A program made the position numbers and the translations under genes. From Isurus oxyrinchus (Eukaryota): a stretch of 64,000 bases of DNA. How positions within the stretch are numbered: the first letter of the stretch is position 1; each line of letters starts with the position of its first letter. Location: positions 45,694,001-45,758,000 of the forward strand of contig JANJGN010000002.1 of the NCBI GenBank assembly GCA_026770705.1, written 5' to 3'. Shown piece after piece: positions 50,471 to 62,958 of this stretch. The notes beneath the pieces are model-generated. The model saw only the letters and a list, made by a program, of their open reading frames with translations. It did not search any database and had not been told where the DNA came from.

Positions 50471-52186
50471 ATGGCCCTGAAACTGAAGAAGATTGCAGCC
50501 CCCAGGTTCAGTGACACGTTCCTTGAGTGCCTTCTGGCCACAGGAAGGGCAGCAACAGCAGTAACCCGGCTTGGGAGGCGGTGGCAGTGGTGGTCAGCAC
50601 CAACATCCTTCAAGTGAGGACAGCCACCCACTGCCACAAAAGGATGAATGATCTCCTTTGTTCCGCCAGGGTAAGTCACTCTTCTCTTCGCTCTCAACTC
50701 ACACACTCACTAATCCATCACATCTGCAGGGCCCTCACCCACTGCCAGGTCAGGGACATCACCATTTACTCTCTTACGCATGCCTTCATTGTCCTTATCC
50801 CATCCAAGGGACCACTCATCACCTACACACGTGAGGCATTCTTATCATCTGGCCTGACAGGCACTCTGCTTATACTCTCTCCATCTCTATTCATGCAGGA
50901 GAACGCACACAATAACAGGGAGAGGTCACAGACCGGTGGAGGAATGCCTGAGATCAAGGTCCTCTCCAGCTTTGAAAACAGAGCCATCCAGCTGCCAGCG
51001 ATGATCTGAATTGTTCCTGAGCTGACAGTGAGGTCAGCGGTGCTCTACCAAGTGAGGGTCCAGCAGTGCAACGTCCATCAAACAACCATGCTATCAAACA
51101 ACCATGTAAATGCAGGACATAATGAAATGCCCACACCTCCCTTCCTGCAGCATTGTTAAGGCCAAAGACAGGATCTATTCACAGGTCACTGCCATGCACT
51201 AATTATCTCCCCTTGCTTTCGCAGGCACATATGCCAAACAGCCGACAAAGTCCATGACCCAGGGCCTCCAATCAAGCCCTGAAAACACCTTGGAAGAGGA
51301 ATCTGAAGACACCCTCCTTGAAGTCCCGTCACAGCGCTCACCCCCACCCTCCACCAGTGCAGAGACACACACCTCAGTGGGACCTAGCTTTAGAATAGCC
51401 TCGGGATCACAATCTGGTGAGCACATTGCACTGTCTGACTCACAGCAGGCGGCGGCAGGGACTTCCCAGGTGTCCAGCATTCGAAGAGCTGCTGGAGGCC
51501 AGAAAATTGCTGAGTCCAAGTCAGGTGACGAGCCTCTGGACTCGGTCATGTCACAGTTGCTGGAGCTGCAAATGTAAGCACGGGAACATCAGGAAGGGGT
51601 GTCTGCTGCACTCCTCAGATTGCAAGGCACGATGGAGCAGTCCGTCCGCCTTCAGACTGAGGAAATAGTGCTGGCATGCCAATGCACCAACGAGAACTCT
51701 GATAGGATGGCAGCTGCCATGGAGACCTTGGTCCAGGACGTCACTCCTGCGCGGGCTCAACTCCATCACTGATGCCATAGTTGGCTTCCAACAGTGTGTG
51801 TGCAAGAGGGTTGCAGGGCAGCCTGCTCTCACTCCAGCTATCCCTTCTCCTCAAGGAGTCAGCCTAGGGCCCTTGGGCATCCATAGGGAGGAGGATCAGC
51901 AGTGCAGACTCCGGGGCCATCCATGCAGGTGATTCCAAGGTATCTGACCCATCTGAATCCCCTATTCCTGTGACCTCAGCAGCTCCAGCTCCACAGGCCG
52001 AGGAGGTTACCACTGCAGGACTCTGAAAGCAGGTCGAGGACCTCCAAGTCTCTGCCCTCCAGAGGACGCCTGCCAAGGTCATCACAGACAGGCCGTTGCA
52101 GTCAGCAGGCTGCTTCCACCTCTGCTGTGGATGTCCGAGGAGCACCAAGATGTAGTGGCAGGGTTAGGAAAGTGAAAGAGAATTAG
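50471..52186 (+). pseudogene. Myb/SANT-like accessory gene of Harbinger 2, three exons, disrupted
   Basis: MALKLKKIAAPRFSD; AWEAVAVVVSTN..RTATHCHKRMNDLL, donor at 50671; acceptor at 50898 then HNNRERSQTGGGMPEIKVLSSFENRAIQL; third exon paralogous to 38094-38770. Confidence 0.85.
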
Positions 52187-52896
52187 TTGCACAGTCTGGG
52201 CACGGGTGTCAGTCACTTGTTCACCATTGTAAATAAATTCCCAAGAATATCTCCCTGCCTATGGCTCCTTGTTCTGATGAGCAGTGTTCTAGTCACTCAG
52301 ATGTGAAACCTTTCTGCACAAGATAAAGGCAGGTTTCTCAGTCCAGAGCCTCTTTCCTGTGCTTTGTTCAGCCTCTGGACCAAAATAATAGTCTGACCTC
52401 ACACTCCCTGGAAACATTACTGATGTCTGTATCTTTGCGGTGCTGGTCATTGCTGTCAGAATGTAGTGGGCAGGTGCCAAGGAGTTCTCTCATTCTCCAT
52501 GTGTGCTCTCAGCACCTCTGAGGTGGGGCTAGCCCCCATCTCTTCAGCATCTGTGACCACTGATGCTGTGCTCCTGAAAGGCTCAGGTGCTGAAGGCAGA
52601 CAAAGGATTACATGCTTCTAAAGTTTAATGGCTGCGTTTCTATGATATGACCCTGATCACAGAGCGTGAGTGATCTGCCCTCAGCCAGACAGGAGTCAGG
52701 CATTCTCAGAGGCTATGTGAAGATTTAAGGAGTGTCCTCACTGCATGTCATCATCATCCTTCTGTGATCGAGTGACTATTAGGGCCTCCACTGCATCTCC
52801 ATGGCAGGAGCATTCTCACAGAGGATATTAGCACTGCCTTAAGCCAGATTGGAGTCAAACATTCACAGCTGTGATGTGAGGATCAATGGGGTCACC

Positions 52897-54102
52897 TCAC
52901 TGCATGTCATCATCATCCTCCGCTAATCTGGCAGCTATGAGGGCCTCCCGAGTGCACCTAGCCAGAGTGAGGGCATCATGCCCATAATCGCCGCCTCTGA
53001 GGACCTCCTCACCCTCATCTCCATCAGCATTCTCCTCATCGGCAGAGATGTGCATCTCCTTCATCTCTTCCTCAGCCAGCTCGTCTCCCTGTTGGAGCGC
53101 TAGGTTGTAAAGGGCACAATAGATGATGACAATGTGTGACACCCTCTGCAAGCTATATTGCAGGGCTCCACCAGACCAGCCCAGGCACCAGAACCACATC
53201 TTCAGAATCCTGATGGTCTGCTCCACCAAGTTGTGAGGTGCTGCATGAGCCTCATTATAGCGTCGCTTTGCTGCAGTCTGAGGCAGCCGCACAGGTGTCA
53301 TCAGCCACGGCCTCTGCAGGTTACCCTTTTCCCTGAGGAGCCATCCCTGCAGCTTCTGTGGATCCGGGAAGATACCAGAGGTCGATGACCGATTGAGGAT
53401 GTAGGATTCATGCACACTCTCTGGAAACCGTGCGCAAACGTACAGGAGGCAATTCTGATGGTCGCACACCAGCTGCACATTCAGCGAATCAAACCCCTTG
53501 TGGTTGACGTAGTCCACTATGTGTTGTGATGGAGATCTGAGCACCACCAACTGCAGTCAATGTCGCGCTGAGCCTGTGGGAAACCCGAGATCTGGGTGAA
53601 TCCAATCACTTTTGCATCCTGGATGTGCTGGTCCTGGGTGAAATATACAAAGTTGTGTGCCTCGCAAATATGGCATCCTCATGGATGCATTTGTGGGTGG
53701 CGGATTGTGAAATCCCACAGAGGTCACCTGTGGAGCCCTGAAAGTAGCCACTGGTTTAGAAATTGAGCGCCATGGTCACTTTCGTCTCTACTGACAGTGG
53801 ATGCCCTCCATGTGTCAATGACGCCAAACCCTGCAGTAGCTGGCAGATGTGACTGACCAGTCCCCTAGACACTGGTTCTCAGTTATCTGCAGGAATGAAA
53901 GGTGGAGTATATAGATCCAGGGTGTCGCTAGGTGCTGGCCTGCGATGGCTCTCTGTGGCTGTTGGGTGGCACGTGCGGGAGTTCCAGCTGCCCCTTCTTC
54001 CTTAGGTTGCTGCTCCTGCCTCTGCACAGCCAGGAGCCTCAGTCGCTCTCTCCTCCATTGTCTTCATGCTCTGTAGGCCATCAGGCATTCACCAGTCTCC
54101 AT
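52897..54102 (-). pseudogene. Harbinger DDE transposase (HARBI1-like), disrupted
   Basis: YVNHKGFDSLNVQLVCD, ARFPESVHESYIL, WLLREKG (D to E), RYNEAH...LVEQTIRILKMWF, ALYNLA; 5' half frameshifted. Confidence 0.92.
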
Positions 54103-55141
54103 GATCCTGATGTACTCCTCCTGCAGGATGAAAAAGAGAGACACATGGTTAGCATGGGTGTACTGAGAACCTGTCCTGGTTAAGTGTGATGGCCGCTTAA
54201 CACTTCCTGGGGAGTGTTGGCCACTACTTGGATGGCCAGTGATTAGTGAGCTGCATGACTGCTCTGTTAGCTTGAACCATGCAGGAGAGTAGTCCAGACC
54301 AGGATGCTGACATTGCAAGAGGCTGTGAGCGCCTCCAGCAATGACTGCTACATGGCCAGCTTTAGTGAGAAGATTGTACAACATGTGCAGTCATCCAACT
54401 CTTCTGCAGTCCACTAAAATGCTCATGAATTTGTAGCCTGTGCCGGGCGGGTGAAAAGCTTTGGTGCACTTGTGGAACTTTAATACCTCTGTGTTGCTTG
54501 AGTGGGCAGATAAGTTAGCAGCCCAACCCCAATCATATCAATGCAGCTGCACCTGAACTGTCTCAGTGCAGAGGAATGGTCACTTTATACAGGTGTCCCT
54601 AATGCGTGGCCACTTCCCTTGCCCATCCTATCCACCAACCCAAATGCGAACCCCCCCGCCACCAGAAGCCTCAATTGCAGGGCTGCCCTTGCGCCCCTAC
54701 CCTGCCACCAGCCACTTAAAGGGCAGGGCTGCCCTTAACCCTGACCCCCCCGATACCCGTGAAGCTTGAAGTCCAACAGATGACCCTGGTGAGCGCTGCA
54801 CAACGTTACTGTGCACTCACCTCTGAGTTCCCCACAAAGTGCAGGCCACCAAGTGCACTCCTTTTATGTGCTGTTGCGAAACACGTTGGCATGCTTTCCC
54901 ACCAACATAGATGGATGATCCAGTGGGTGGGGGGTGGGGGTGGGGGCATTGCGGGAACGATTCCGGCGGGCTGGTCTGATATTACAAAGAGGTTCCTGAT
55001 GTCCGATGGTGGGAAATGCGGCCCGCTGCTGGCAGGCTGAGTGGATGATTGCAGGCTGGTTTTGCGCCATCGTAAAACCAATCACGCCATATTGTCCACT
55101 CACGCCACTGATCACGCCAGTGGGCACAGAAAGTTCTGCCC

Positions 55142-56190
55142 ACAGAGTACTGATAATGGGGGACTTCAATTACCCTAATACAGGGTGGGATAGTAACAGT
55201 ATGAAGGGCATAGAGGGGGAAGATTTCTTGAAATTTGTACAAGAGAGCTTCCTTGTTGGGCTGGAGACATACTGATCAAGAAAGAGGCATCCTGGGGTAC
55301 GAAATAGGACAAATCGGTATAAGTTTCAGTGGAGTCGCATTTTGAGAACAGTGGTAATAATATCATCAGATTTAGGATATTTATGGAAAAGGACAAAGAA
55401 CATTCAGATGTGAAAATACTTCAGTCTAGCCCAGGTAAATTGCAATCAAAGATTGGCAGGCAAAACAATAATTGAGCACAATGGGAGGTTTTCAAAAAGG
55501 AGTGAGTTCGGGTCTAGACAAGACACGTTTCCACTAGGGAGAAAGGGAAAGACACCCCAAAGCTAAAGCTCTCTGGATGACTAAAGATATAGGTCCGGCA
55601 TCTGAAATCTTCTGATTTTGTTTTAGAATAAAAAAGCAAGGCAATTATGTTAAACCTTTATAAAACTCTGGTTAGGCCCCAGCTGCAGTGTGGTATTTCA
55701 TACTGGGCACTATAGGAAGGGTGTCAAGGCCTTAAGGTGCAGGAGAGATTCACTAGAAAGATACCAGTGATGAGGAACTTTAAGTTATATGGAAAGACTG
55801 GAGAAGTTGGGGTTGTTCTTCTTAGAGCAAAGGAAGTTAAGGTATTTGATCAACAAAACCCTTTATGGCTTTGAATCAGAGAGAGTAAGAAGAAACTGTT
55901 TCCAATGGCAGAAGGGTCGATAACTGGAAGGTGTAGACTTAAGGTAATTGGCAAAAGAACCAGAGGCAACATAGGGAAAAGTTATTTTATACAGCTAATT
56001 GTTATGACTTGGGATGTACTGCCATTCAATAGGAAGCTGCATAAAGGAATTGGATAAATATTTCACAGGGAAAAAGTTGCAAGGCAATGGGAAAAGAGCC
56101 AGGGTATGGGACTAATTGGTCATCTATTCCAAAGAGCAGGCGCATTGTGCTAAATGGTCTTTTTCTGTGTTGAATCATTTATGATTCTGT
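55142..56190 (+). mobile_element. CR1 ORF2 fragments (endonuclease part, internal deletion near 55600, then 3' end)
   Basis: IMGDFNYPN, FLKFVQESFL; LNLYKTLVRPQL; tail tctgtgttgaatcatttatgattctgtg. Confidence 0.82.
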
Positions 56191-57094
56191 GGTATCTACT
56201 ACAATGTTGAAAGCCATAGCCATATAGCCTTTTGATAAAAAAAGGCTGATTTTTTTTTCCATTGCTTTTTGTGGCTAATGCATTAAAAGCACAGCTCTCC
56301 TTACTCTTAACTCTTGCAGTGGACAGTCTAATTGTGCTGGTAAGAGTGCAAGCACCTGCTTGATTTATATGGATACCCAGAGCATTGGATTTGTGATTGG
56401 GTCAGGGTGCCTGGGCTCATGGGTGTGACAGCCTTGCAGCTCATGCAAATTTGGGCTTAAAGTCTAGTAACCAAGGCATTATGCTCCAGACATAACAACT
56501 TTGTCACAGATGTCCCAACTTTCTCAAAATGCTCAGTGTTTCTGACCTGCAGTTTGCAACTGACAAGTGTGACCAAATAACCACTTGACTCTATTTGGTC
56601 TGTGTTTACTTAACAACAATTAGACTTTGTGGCCTTAAAGGATGCAATTCCACCTTGGCAGAACAACATATTATGCATTACATGGTTATAACACTTGTAT
56701 TGTCAAAAAATGAATCATCTAACTTACAAAAATGAACATCATTAATACCAATATCAGCTTCCAGTAGGACTGTACTTAAGATATATTCATATGATCAACA
56801 CTAGAATTCAAAGTGCTCACTGAAGTGTTTCATTGAAATCACTCAGTCGGCAGTAACTGCAGAGGGCAAGCTAAAGACAAGGTTGAAAGAGAAATGGGAT
56901 ATTGGTAGATTTGACACTTAGCATGTGCCAAAGCACTTTGGAACAACAATTAAAGTTATAAGAGTGCAGAATTGCAATGCTAAATTAATATAGTTCAGGT
57001 CAAACATTTAGGTGTGTATAGTTTCTTTTTTATTCCTTATTGATTTTCTCTACACCTCCTTCTTATTGTAGATTAGATACCGAGAAATAGTTTC

Positions 57095-57415
57095 ACAATA
57101 GATTCACCAATTATCCTTCACCCAAGTGGCAGCTATTGAATTGTGAAGCTTGACAGAGTGTCAGCCAGCTTTGTGACTGTGGAGGCATCATGGATTGGTA
57201 CTGATCATGTCCTTAACTTGTACCAACATGTTTTCACTTTCAACAGGATTTACTGCATAGTAATCAGAAGCAGAAATCCTGGCTAATTTTGCTCCACTCT
57301 ATCCCAGAGGTGCCGAGGGCAGTTAATTAAAACTTACTACTGCTGTGGCTGCAATCAGTGAAATCAGCATAGACCAGGGACTGGAAATGGATGCTTCCTG
57401 ATTTTTACCACCCAG
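57095..57415 (-). mobile_element. Possible old SINE, similar to the sequence split by Gypsy element 1 (3815-3984 plus 8241-8425)
   Basis: Shared ccaagtggc, gacag, cagaag and tRNA-like distal end; strongly diverged. Confidence 0.3.
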
Positions 57416-58344
57416 CTAACAATGGATAACTTTGTTGAACTGTTGGAAGTTCCCCAAATGGTGGTCCTGTGTTCCATTGCACAGGTACACCCCAAGATGA
57501 GTCTGTGTTCCTGATCTGTGCATGCACCAAGTCTTCCAATGGGCAATTGCTGGGGAGAAGGAAGCTTGTTCTGTTCCATGGCAGTGCTGCATTACAGCTT
57601 CATTTGGGTTTATACTGGTTGTCTCCTTGCTGCTCCAGGAACTCAGTTGAGCTAACCAACCATTCAAAGCAATTTGCAGGATATAACCTGTCCTGCCTGT
57701 CAGTTGTGCATAAGCAGTCTCCATCTCTACAGCAAAACCATAAGGCCAAGCCTAATGGAAGTGCAGGTGTCACTTTAAGAGGTAATACCAACACAGTTCA
57801 TCTCCTGTCCAGGAAATTCAGACCTCTGTTCTCACAGTGTATGGAACAATACACACCTAATGTTTGACCTACACTGTATTGATTTAGCATTGAAATTCCA
57901 CTCTTGTAGCTTTAATTGCTGTTCCACAGTGCTTTGGCATATGCTATGGGTCAAATCTTCTGACATCGCATTTCTCTTTCAACCTTGCCTTTAGCTTGTC
58001 CTCTTGCATATGTGTGCAGCAACTGTATGTAAATAAGACGATAGTGGAAAAGCTGGTCAAGATGAAATGTAAAATGTGTTAGCACCTCTGGTGGCACCCA
58101 TAGTGGAATTCCAGCCCATGGTTACTTTTAATGAAAGACCTGAATGAACATAAGATTGTGCTTTTTACAATAAGTTCGATGACATCATTCACAAGACAGC
58201 AATCTTGACAGTGGTTGTTAAAGACCCATATTCGTTAAAATGGCATTGCCATGCTTGTAATTTGGAAAATAAAATTAAAGGAACTTCAAATATGTCAAAC
58301 CCAAAAGAATTCCTCAAGATGCAGTGTATTCTTTTAAAAAGTTG

Positions 58345-59185
58345 AAATGATCAGATGAATGGCAAATGAAATTCAATGCAGAGGAGTGTGAGGTGATTCG
58401 TTTTGGCAGGAAAGACATGGTGAGACAGTAAAAAATAAAGAGAGAGCCTCTAAAGGAGGCGCAGGAACAGAGGGACCTCAGTGTAAATGTACATGGGTCA
58501 TTGAAGATGGCAGAGCATGTTGAGGGAGCAGTTAATAAAGCATATAGTATCTTAGGCTTTATTAATAGGGGCATTGAGTACACGAGTAAGGAGGTCGCGT
58601 TGAACTTGTATAAGACACTAGTCAGGGCTCATCTGGAGTACTGCATCCACTTCTGGATGCCATACTTGAAGAAGGATGTGAAGGCATTGGAGAGAGTACA
58701 GAGGAGATTTACAAGAATGATTCCTGGGATGAAGAACTGTAGCTATGAGGATAGATTGGAGAGGTTGGGACTGTTTTCCTTGGAGAAAAGAAGGCTGAGA
58801 CGAGACTTGATAGAAGTATTCAAGATCCTGAGGGGCATGGACAGAGTAAATAGTGAGAAACTGTTCCCATTCAAGAGGACATCAAGAACTAGAGGGCACA
58901 GATTCAAAATAATTAGCCAAACGATTAAATGTGATGTGAGGAAAAATGTTTTCACCCAAAGGTTGGTTGGAGTCTGGAACAAACTTCCTGAAAGGGTGGT
59001 GGAGGCAGGTTCGATTGGGGTATTCAAAAGGAAATCGGATTGCTACCTGAAAAGAGAGAATGTGCAAGGTTACGGGGATAAGGCAGAGGAGTGGAACTCG
59101 GTGGAATGCTCTTTCAGAGCGCCAATGCAGACTTAGTGGGCTGAATGGCTTCCTTCTGCACTGTAAAGATACTGTGATACTGTGA
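58345..59185 (+). mobile_element. CR1 LINE 3' fragment with an open ORF2 C-terminus (58501-59136)
   Basis: WQMKFNAEECEVIRFG; LYKTLVRAHLEYCIHFW, LERVQRRFTRMIPG, RRLRRDLIEVFKI, RTRGH, WNKLP; tail runs into (TA)n. Confidence 0.93.
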
Positions 59186-59207
59186 TATATATATATATAT
59201 ATATATA
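59186..59207. repeat. (AT)n microsatellite
   Basis: Directly visible. Confidence 0.95.
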
Positions 59208-60294
59208 TCTTAAAAATAAGGTTCCCCACCTTTCCATTAACATGGTATTAAAATGTCCTTGCTAAATAGCATGCTGTAACTCCAACCTCTTTCCAGCATA
59301 AATACTTGCCAAAAGGTTGCAAATAATAACTGATAATGAATTTTTAGTATACTTGGGACAATGCCGCTCTGTGGTCACAAAGTGTTGCAGAACTGCCAGT
59401 ACCTTACTTCAAAGTAGATTTTATGTCAACCCTAGCATAATCTCACACTCAAAAATGAATAAATCAAGCATAGGTATTGCTCTGAATTTCAAAAAGGCAC
59501 CTCAGGTAATGATGTTTTTATGAGGTCTGAGAAACAGGAAAATATAACTGTGTGTGGTGGATGGTGGACCCGTTTGATTAGTAATTTAAACATGGGAACC
59601 AACATAAACATCACAGTCATAAATGAGTGAGAATGGAAATATGATTTGGTTCTCCCATAAAGGATGGATTTTTTTTTAAAAATTGCAAATCATTTTCTCT
59701 TTGTACACACACACATATTCGATTGTTCCTCTCAATAAGTGTGTTTCTGATATCACTCGTACTGTTTCTATGGTTATGGATTAGATGAATCTCTGCTAAG
59801 AGACTTCTTAATTTGACTAGAATTTTTCCCATGGAGCTGGGAAGCAGGAGTCAGGGTTAATCCTGGCATTGTGATCCTGCATCTGTCTTAACAGGGCTGA
59901 CAGGTGGGATTTTCATCTCCTGAAGGGCAGGAAGACCTAGATCCAGGCCTGCTGTCTAAGGGGGAGGTGGGCTGATGTTGAAGAGGCCAGATTAAAAAGC
60001 CCACCTCCATTCTCAGAAATATCAGCTCAGTCCTTCAGATAATTAAAAAGCCCCCCAACACCCTCACTCCCTTAACTCGCCAATCCTCCTCACCCCCTCA
60101 CCTCCCCTACACCTTTCAACACAATTATCTCCTATACCCCTCATCCCCTCAACATCCTCATCCCCAATAGCTGTCTCACCCTCTTTCACTCTCCCTACAC
60201 CCTCACCCCTTTCACTCAGGCACCCTACCCACTCACCCAAAATCCACTTTATAAACAGAATTCACAAGTCCTATAATAACATTTGGAAGTCATT

Positions 60295-60525
60295 GAAAAG
60301 CTATAAATCTGTTGAAATAAACAAACATTAATTGAATATGAATTTTAAAAGCCATTATCCTCTTCAGAAGCTCATAAATCTGTTAAAATAAATAAACATT
60401 ATGATAGGTATTTGAAAAATCATCATTCTCTTTAGAAGCTTGTAAATCTGTCAAAATAATCAAATCACTTGATTGGGCATTTAAAAAATGATTATCCTCT
60501 TGCGAAATTTATAAGTCTATTAAAG
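60295..60525. repeat. Diverged ~69 bp tandem repeat, about 3.3 copies
   Basis: aagct.taaatctgt..aaataa recurs near 60298, 60368, 60436 and 60505. Confidence 0.8.
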
Positions 60526-60534
60526 CTATTAAAC

Positions 60535-60692
60535 TCGCATTCCCCAGGATAGCTGAATAAACAAACTTAGCATTACATAATCTGTTAGTGCTTTGTAAGG
60601 CAGCCAAACCATCAAGTTCACATTCCTCAGGACAGCTGAATAAACAAACCTTGCATTGCAGAATTTATTAGTGCTTTTGAAGGCAGCCAAAT
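60535..60692. repeat. ~83 bp tandem duplication
   Basis: cattcc.cagga.agctgaataaacaaac...ttagtgcttt..aaggcagccaaa occurs twice. Confidence 0.85.
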
Positions 60693-61404
60693 TCTCATAC
60701 ACCTGTCAAAGCTTTCAAACAGTTTCACAGATGGCTGAGCTGTTCTGCAAAGAAAGAATGAAAGCCATGAGGAAAGTTAAAAGAATTAGCTCTGGATCTC
60801 ATGCTGGGCTAGCCTTTCAATGCTGTACAATACAGAATAGCACTCTATCCAGTGGATAACCTATTTGAATGTATTTGAAGACATTTCTACTTTTACAATG
60901 CAGCTCTTTCAATTGATAGCATGTCAGTTGTCAGAAGCAATTTAATGGTCATTTACATTTTCCAATCACAGCACTGTCATCACTCACTTTAGTAAACACA
61001 GATATAACTCATGCTACAGCATTTCATGATGAACTGTAAAAGAGTCAATACCATTTTTACTAATATTTTATACTCCTTTATACTCTTCTTGCCTCCAATC
61101 CATGGTTTATTAAACATGATTTAGAAGGGCTTCCAAAATATGGCCACCTCGATGAAAATTCCAGAAGCCCTAAAATACCCACTAGAATGATGCTGGAAAC
61201 CTTTGAATTCCAGGATATGGGTTTTCCTAGCCACTCTCTTTCTCGACCTGGTGAAAATAGCCAGCACTAGAAATGGGGGCAGGACTTCCGAATCCACACC
61301 CTGGCCACCATTTTTTTCTCATGCCTGGCTCTGTTTAGTCCCAAACGGGACCATGTTTAGAGATATCTCCTTCCTTCCCTCTTTGGACATAGAGTGGAAG
61401 ATGG

Positions 61405-61790
61405 GGGTGTGGTGGTAAGTTATTGGACTATCAATACAGAGGCACAAGCTAATGTCTTGGGAACATAGGTCCAAATCCTGCCAATGCAGCTTGTGGAATT
61501 TAAAATTAAATTGATAAATCTGGAATACAAAGCTAGTCTCATGAATGGTGAGCATGAAACTATGATTGACTGTCATAAAAACACATCTGGTTCACTAATG
61601 TCCTTTAGGGAAGGAAAGCTACTATCCTAACCTGGTCTGGCCTACACGTGACTCCAGACCCACAGCAATGTTGTTGGCTCTTAACCGCCCTCTGAAATGG
61701 CCTAGCATCCCATTCAGTTCAAGGCCAATTAGGGATGGGCAATAAGTGCTGGTCTTGCCAGTGATAAACACATCCATGAAAGAATAAATA
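61405..61790 (+). mobile_element. tRNA-derived SINE (family A)
   Basis: Full body and tail catccatgaaagaataaa. Confidence 0.88.
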
Positions 61791-62482
61791 TGCATAAACA
61801 CAAAATTATAACCTGTGGGATAATTTCCAATAACCACTGTGTGAAACAGTTTCATAAACAAATGTGGAAAGAGGCCTTCTAGTCATATTCCTTACATCCT
61901 GAACATTCTTTTCCATATAGTCCTGTGGAATATTAGTTACATCATCATCTTCTATACTTACCTCTACAATCTCCAACAAATGGAAACAGCTGCATGAGTT
62001 CACAATGCCTATCAAGAAAGGGAATATTCTTGAATATGTTGGCTAGGATTTTGTCATTGGTACTGACACTTGTATTCTCAGACCAATGTAAAGGTGTTCA
62101 CTAAACCATGCCTCACTGAAATCACTGGGAGAACAGTGGCTGAAGAGGAGAAATGAAAGATGAGGTTAAAGAGAACTGGTATCAGTAGATTTAAAATGTC
62201 AGGACACTGTTGAACAGCAATTAAAGCGTGTAAAATGTTCAAGCATTTTTCAAAATCAGTAGAGTACAAGCCAGATAAACCTGAATAGGCCTCACTCTGA
62301 CTACATTTAGAGAAACCTAGGAATTACTAGATGAAGAAAGGCTATGATCCATCTAGATCTCCAGTAGTCACATGGGACCACATCCAACTTGGATACCAGC
62401 TGGACTTTTGTGTTGGGGGTGGGAAACAGGAGATGGGGCTGTTTCTGGATCCTGAACCCATTCTCAGGGGGAGACAGTAAGT

Positions 62483-62958
62483 CCATAAGACCATAAGACC
62501 ATAAAACATAGGAGCAGAAATTAGGCCATTCGGCCCATCGGGTCTGCTCCGCCATTCAATCATGGCTGATAAGTTTCTCAACCCCATTCTCCTGCCTTCT
62601 CTCCGTAACCTTTGATCCCCTTACCAATCAAGAACCTACCTATCTCGGTCTTAAATACACTCAATGACCTCAACTCAACAGCCTTCTGTGGCAATGAATT
62701 CCATAGATTCACCACTCTCTGGCTAAAGAAGTTTCTCCTCATCTCTGTTCTAAAAGGTCTTTCCCTTTACTTTGAGGCTGTGCCCTCGGGTCCTAGTCTC
62801 TCCTACTAATGGAAACATCTTACACACGTCCACTCTATCCAGGCCTTTCAGTATTCTGTAAGTTTTAATCAGATGCCCCCTCATCCTTCTAAACTCCAAA
62901 GAGTATAGACCCAGAGTCCTCAAACATTCCTCATATGTTAAGCCTTTCATTCCTGGGA
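62483..62958 (-). mobile_element. CR1 (HER1-like) 3' fragment, relatively well preserved
   Basis: IPGMKGLTYEECLRTLGLYSLEFRRMRGHLIKTYRIL...RTRGHSL; tail repeat (ccataaga)n. Confidence 0.92.

Larger units (their letters stand above)
50196..55141. mobile_element. Full-length PIF/Harbinger transposon 2, opposite orientation to element 1
   Basis: TIRs gggcagaa.ct / agttctgccc; TSD ATA / ACA; splits a CR1 reading frame. Confidence 0.92.

Noticed and set aside
52897-53550. 217 aa ORF as the domesticated HARBI1 gene
   Set aside because: It lies within TIRs and a TSD, its 5' half is frameshifted and a catalytic Asp is altered.
57405-57794. Minus-strand frame open across a single TGA (possible selenocysteine or pseudogene)
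   Set aside because: No recognisable protein family, splice signals or SECIS; compatible with chance.
58501-59136. 211 aa ORF as a host gene
   Set aside because: It is the CR1 ORF2 C-terminus, with an upstream stop and a LINE tail.
60295-60692. Regularly spaced repeats as a CRISPR array
   Set aside because: Whole units are homologous with no unique spacers, there are no cas genes and the context is eukaryotic.
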